Assembly: GCA_046328575.1 (NCBI GenBank)
Contig: JAXLWI010000019.1
Coordinates: 1,153 to 65,152 of the forward strand
Direction of reading: 5' to 3'
DNA length: 64,000 nucleotides
DNA from: Anaerolineae bacterium
GTDB taxonomy: Bacteria > Chloroflexota > Anaerolineae > Fen-1058
Every line of letters starts with the position of its first letter. The first letter of the stretch is position 1. A model generated the notes under the pieces. The model was not told where the DNA came from. It saw only the letters and a list, made by a program, of their open reading frames with translations, and made no database searches. Made by a program: the position numbers and the translations under genes. Positions 60,951 to 64,000 of the stretch are shown here, piece by piece.

Positions 60951-61616
60951 TTATGAGTCGGACAGCAAGCCGCGTTGAGCAGCGTATGCCACCACTTGTT
61001 CGCGATTTCGGAGATGCAAGCGTTTTAGGATTTTACTCATGTGATACTTAACCGTGCGTTCGCTGAGATAGAGCGTCTGCCCAATCTCCTTGTAAGTTCG
61101 ACCGCGTGCGACATACTTAAGGATATCCAATTCCTGATCGCTAAGGGTATCCAGTTCCGCGTCACTTGGCGCGCTGGCCGCCCCGTCGATCTGCTGAGCT
61201 TGCCGCGCAAATTCTTTGATCAGCCGCCGGGCGAGCCCCGGCGCTAACGGCGCTTCACCTTGAATGGCGCTTTGAAACAGCTCAAAGAACTGCCGCCCGC
61301 CCATACTTTTGAGCAAGTAGCCGGACGCCCCGGATTTGATGGCCTCAAACAGATCGTCGTCATCGTCCGACGAGGACAAGATCACGATCGGCTTATCAGG
61401 AAATTCGGCTTTGATGCAGCGCGTGGCTTCCAACCCGCTGCAGCGTGGCATCTGAATGTCCATCAGGATGACGTCGGGCTGCAAAGCGCGCGTCTGCGCC
61501 AGGGCTTCGACCCCGTCATAAGCCAGGCCGACAACATCCAGGCCGCGCGCGGTCAACAAATCGCGCATAGCTTCCAGAAACAGTTGGTGATCGTCGACGA
61601 TGAGAACCGAAGTCAT
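60951..61616 (-). CDS. NarL/FixJ-family response regulator
   Basis: VLIVDDHQLFLEAMRDLL..., LSDQELDILKYVARGRTYKEIGQTLYLSERTVKYHMSKILKRL. Confidence 0.9.
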   Translation of the reverse strand: MTSVLIVDDHQLFLEAMRDLLTARGLDVVGLAYDGVEALAQTRALQPDVILMDIQMPRCSGLEATRCIKAEFPDKPIVILSSSDDDDDLFEAIKSGASGYLLKSMGGRQFFELFQSAIQGEAPLAPGLARRLIKEFARQAQQIDGAASAPSDAELDTLSDQELDILKYVARGRTYKEIGQTLYLSERTVKYHMSKILKRLHLRNREQVVAYAAQRGLLSDS

Positions 61617-61822
61617 GAGTTAGTAGCTTACCCTATCTATAGTGTATTGTACCGCAGCATGGGTCGGAGTCAATGCGGAGCGAGCGATGCGATGTGCGAT
61701 ATAAGCCACACTCACTGGCAGGCAGCGCCCGATCGTTGCTCACTCGCTGTCGGCTTGGAGTATAATAACGATTGACTTTAGCAACGCCGGAGTGAATTTT
61801 GGACAAACAGCCCAACTCACGC

Positions 61823-62269
61823 ATGTGCTTCATTTGCGGCATTCAGAACCCCGTCGGCTTGCACATGAAGCTATACAACGATCACGAACATCAGCAGGTT
61901 GTCTCAACCATCACCCTTCCTGATCAATATCAAAGTTATCCCGGCGTCGTGCACGGCGGCATCGTCGCCACCATGTTGGATGAAGTCTCGGGTCGCGCGC
62001 TGCTCATCAATGGCGGCGATGACGATCTGATGGTCACACTGAAACTGGAAATCAAATATCGCGCGCCTACACCCACTAACACGCCGCTGAAAGTGATCGG
62101 ACGGGTGGTCTCAGTCGCGGGCAATCGCGCCAAAGTCGAAGGCGAGATCGTCTTACCCGATGGCACCATCTCGGCAACGGCGGAAGCGCTGCTGGCGCGC
62201 CCGCCGCAAAATATGCGCGATCAATGGGCCGCCGAACTGCCGTATTGGAAGGTGTATCCTGACACATGA
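61823..62269 (+). CDS. hotdog-fold thioesterase (PaaI/4HBT family)
   Basis: MCFICGIQNPVGLHM N-terminal signature, GVVHGGIVATMLDEVSG; ATG 61823 (ORF track begins at TTG 61799). Confidence 0.75.
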   Translation: MCFICGIQNPVGLHMKLYNDHEHQQVVSTITLPDQYQSYPGVVHGGIVATMLDEVSGRALLINGGDDDLMVTLKLEIKYRAPTPTNTPLKVIGRVVSVAGNRAKVEGEIVLPDGTISATAEALLARPPQNMRDQWAAELPYWKVYPDT

Positions 62270-62772
62270 TCGTCGTGAGCGATACGTCGCCGGTGTTGAG
62301 CCTGGCGCTGGTCGGCCAACTCGATCTGCTCAAGCGCCTGTACGGCTCCATCGTCATCCCGCGCGCGGTGCACGACGAACTGGTTGTCGGCGGCGCAGCT
62401 TATGACGATGGCGATGATATCGTGCGGCAATCGTGGATCAGCGTCGGGGCGGCCACCAACTCGATCGTGATCGCCCTGCTCTTGCGCGAGCTCGATCGAG
62501 GTGAAGCCGAGGCGATTGCGCTCGCCGTTGAACTGAAAGCCAACTTGTTGCTCATCGACGAATTCAAAGGCCGCCGTCTGGCCGAATATCTGGGATTGCC
62601 ACATGCCGGCGTCGTCGATCTGCTAGGCGAAGCCAAACGTCATCGCTACTTGCCCGTCATCAAGCCGACACTCGATGCTCTCATCGAACGCGCCAACTTT
62701 CGAGTCAGCGCTAAACTCTATCAACGCACCCTAGAAACCGCAGGAGAATGGACCAATGCCAACGCTGCGTGA
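62266..62772 (+). CDS. DUF3368-like PIN-related protein
   Basis: MIVVSDTSPVLSLALVGQLDLLKRLYGSIVIPRAVHDELVVGG...GEAEAIALAVE...LLIDEFKGRRLA; ATG overlaps thioesterase stop (ATGA). Confidence 0.65.
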   Translation: MIVVSDTSPVLSLALVGQLDLLKRLYGSIVIPRAVHDELVVGGAAYDDGDDIVRQSWISVGAATNSIVIALLLRELDRGEAEAIALAVELKANLLLIDEFKGRRLAEYLGLPHAGVVDLLGEAKRHRYLPVIKPTLDALIERANFRVSAKLYQRTLETAGEWTNANAA

Positions 62773-63526
62773 TTTAACCGAATACCATAAACCCACCGAC
62801 CTCGACGAAGCCGTAAAGTTATTGCGCCGCCGCAAGATTCGCACCGTACCGCTGGGCGGTGGCGGCGAGTTGGTGGCCGCTGCACCCGGCAATGTACAGG
62901 CCGTGGTCGATCTGAGCGCGCTGGGGCTGTCATACATCAAAGCCACTGAGGCCGGACTAGAGATCGGCGCGACGACGACGCTGCAAACGCTGGTCGACGA
63001 TGCGCACGTGCGCGACTACGCGGGCGGCGTGCTGGTGAAAGCCGTCCTCGACACCGCCAGCCGCAATGTGCGCGAAGCCGCCACCCTCGCCGGATCGATC
63101 GTCGCGTCCGACGGCAAATCACCGCTGCTGGCGATGCTGTTCGCCCTCGACGCACAGTTGACGGTGCGCGCCGCGCGCGAACAGACCGTGCCTTTGGCCG
63201 AATTCGGCCCGCAAGATGGAACCTTAATCCTCGCAGTGACGTTACCCTCTCTGCCAGCCGAGTCGCGTGTGGCCTATGAAAAAGTGGCGCGCACGCCCGC
63301 CGACCTGCCGATCGTGTGTGTGGCTGCGGTTCAAACGGCTGAAGATGTGCGGCTGGCGTTGGGCGGTGTCGGTTCGCAGATGGTGCTCATCGAAGCCGAA
63401 GCACCGACGATCGACGAAGCCGTCGAACTGGCGCAAGCGTCCGTCAATCCGCCCACCGATTACTTCGCCTCGGCTGAATATCGCCGCGAGATGATCGGCG
63501 TGCTGGTGAGACGCTGTCTAAAGTGA
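62756..63526 (+). CDS. orphan CoxM/XdhB-like subunit (FAD_binding_5 + CO_deh_flav_C) with degenerate FAD motif
   Basis: AGGAGA RBS; fold-level similarity to FAD subunits but has VPLGGGGELVAAAPGN instead of AGGTDL; overlaps DUF3368 gene by 17 nt. Confidence 0.75.
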   Translation: MPTLRDLTEYHKPTDLDEAVKLLRRRKIRTVPLGGGGELVAAAPGNVQAVVDLSALGLSYIKATEAGLEIGATTTLQTLVDDAHVRDYAGGVLVKAVLDTASRNVREAATLAGSIVASDGKSPLLAMLFALDAQLTVRAAREQTVPLAEFGPQDGTLILAVTLPSLPAESRVAYEKVARTPADLPIVCVAAVQTAEDVRLALGGVGSQMVLIEAEAPTIDEAVELAQASVNPPTDYFASAEYRREMIGVLVRRCLK

Positions 63527-63545
63527 GCACCCTTCATCCTCTGCC

Positions 63546-63568
63546 CTCTCCCTGCTAGGGAGAGGGAG
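63546..63568 (+). terminator. possible terminator hairpin after CoxM-like gene
   Basis: CCCTCTCCC-tgcta-GGGAGAGGG; no U-tract. Confidence 0.3.
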
Positions 63569-63606
63569 CGTGCTCTGCACGTGGGTGAGGGTGTGTGCGG
63601 GGGCAC

Positions 63607-64000
63607 ATGACCAAATCCGTAATTCGCACGCCGGATCAACGCCTGCGTGTCTTTGTCAGTTCAACGCTGCAAGAATTAGCCGAGGAACGCCGGGCCGCGC
63701 GCGAAGCGATCGAGCAGCTGCACCTCGCGCCGGTGATGTTTGAACTCGGCGCACGCCCTCATCCGCCTAAAGACCTCTATCGCGCCTACCTCGATCAAAG
63801 TCATATCTTCGTCGGCATTTACTGGCAGAAGTATGGCTGGGTTGCGCCCGATATGGACGTCAGCGGCCTTGAAGACGAATACAACCTATCGGCTGGTAAG
63901 CCCAAACTGCTGTACATCAAATCGCCCGCGCCCGAGCGTGAAACGCGCCTGAAAGGCTTGCTCGATCGCATCAAAGGCGACAACGTCTCCTACAAATACT
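63607..64000 (+). CDS. DUF4062 domain protein, 5' part (runs off window)
   Basis: RVFVSSTLQELAEERRAAREAIEQL...IFVGIYWQKYGW pattern of DUF4062 N-terminal domains; no stop before window end. Confidence 0.5.
   Translation, partial: MTKSVIRTPDQRLRVFVSSTLQELAEERRAAREAIEQLHLAPVMFELGARPHPPKDLYRAYLDQSHIFVGIYWQKYGWVAPDMDVSGLEDEYNLSAGKPKLLYIKSPAPERETRLKGLLDRIKGDNVSYKY

Overview
High-GC (about 60-65%) bacterial chromosomal segment. It is unusually rich in two-component signalling proteins, which is typical of filamentous Chloroflexi-like genomes. The window falls into three zones. Zone 1 (1-31.2 kb) has clean long ORFs, almost all on the minus strand: an ABC-2 exporter operon, a lipid block (WS/DGAT acyltransferase, amidohydrolase, thiolase), a PAS histidine kinase, a cell-envelope glycosylation/acylation cluster (2 GT39 ArnT/PMT-like, 2 acyltransferase-3) flanked by a LiaSR-like two-component system with an extra truncated kinase paralog, a molybdenum hydroxylase (FAD subunit plus fused 2Fe-2S/Moco subunit), and the start of a BMP-family ABC transporter operon. 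Zone 2 (about 31.2-47.3 kb) is a 16-kb block in which every recognisable gene is broken into alternating reading frames: BMP permeases (one also split by an IS3-family remnant), sseA, a UPF0173 hydrolase, tagA-like and GT4 glycosyltransferases, tsaC, prmC, prfA, tal, rpiB, a CoA-transferase, ald and usp. Only a tRNA-Leu(TAA) looks largely intact there. I read this most parsimoniously as an indel-rich sequence-quality patch rather than a real pseudogene island. Zone 3 (47.3-64 kb) is clean again: a two-gene module (winged-helix protein plus a PfkB kinase fused to an unknown Cys4-containing domain), three tandem paralogous REC-histidine-kinase hybrids, a 1664-aa multi-PAS hybrid kinase translationally coupled to a pseudo-receiver, a NarL-type regulator with its own terminator, and an overlapping operon of hotdog thioesterase, PIN-like DUF3368 and an orphan CoxM-like subunit. 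A DUF4062 gene runs off the 3' edge. A palindromic GTAACGAGTAAC motif recurs at three intergenic sites.
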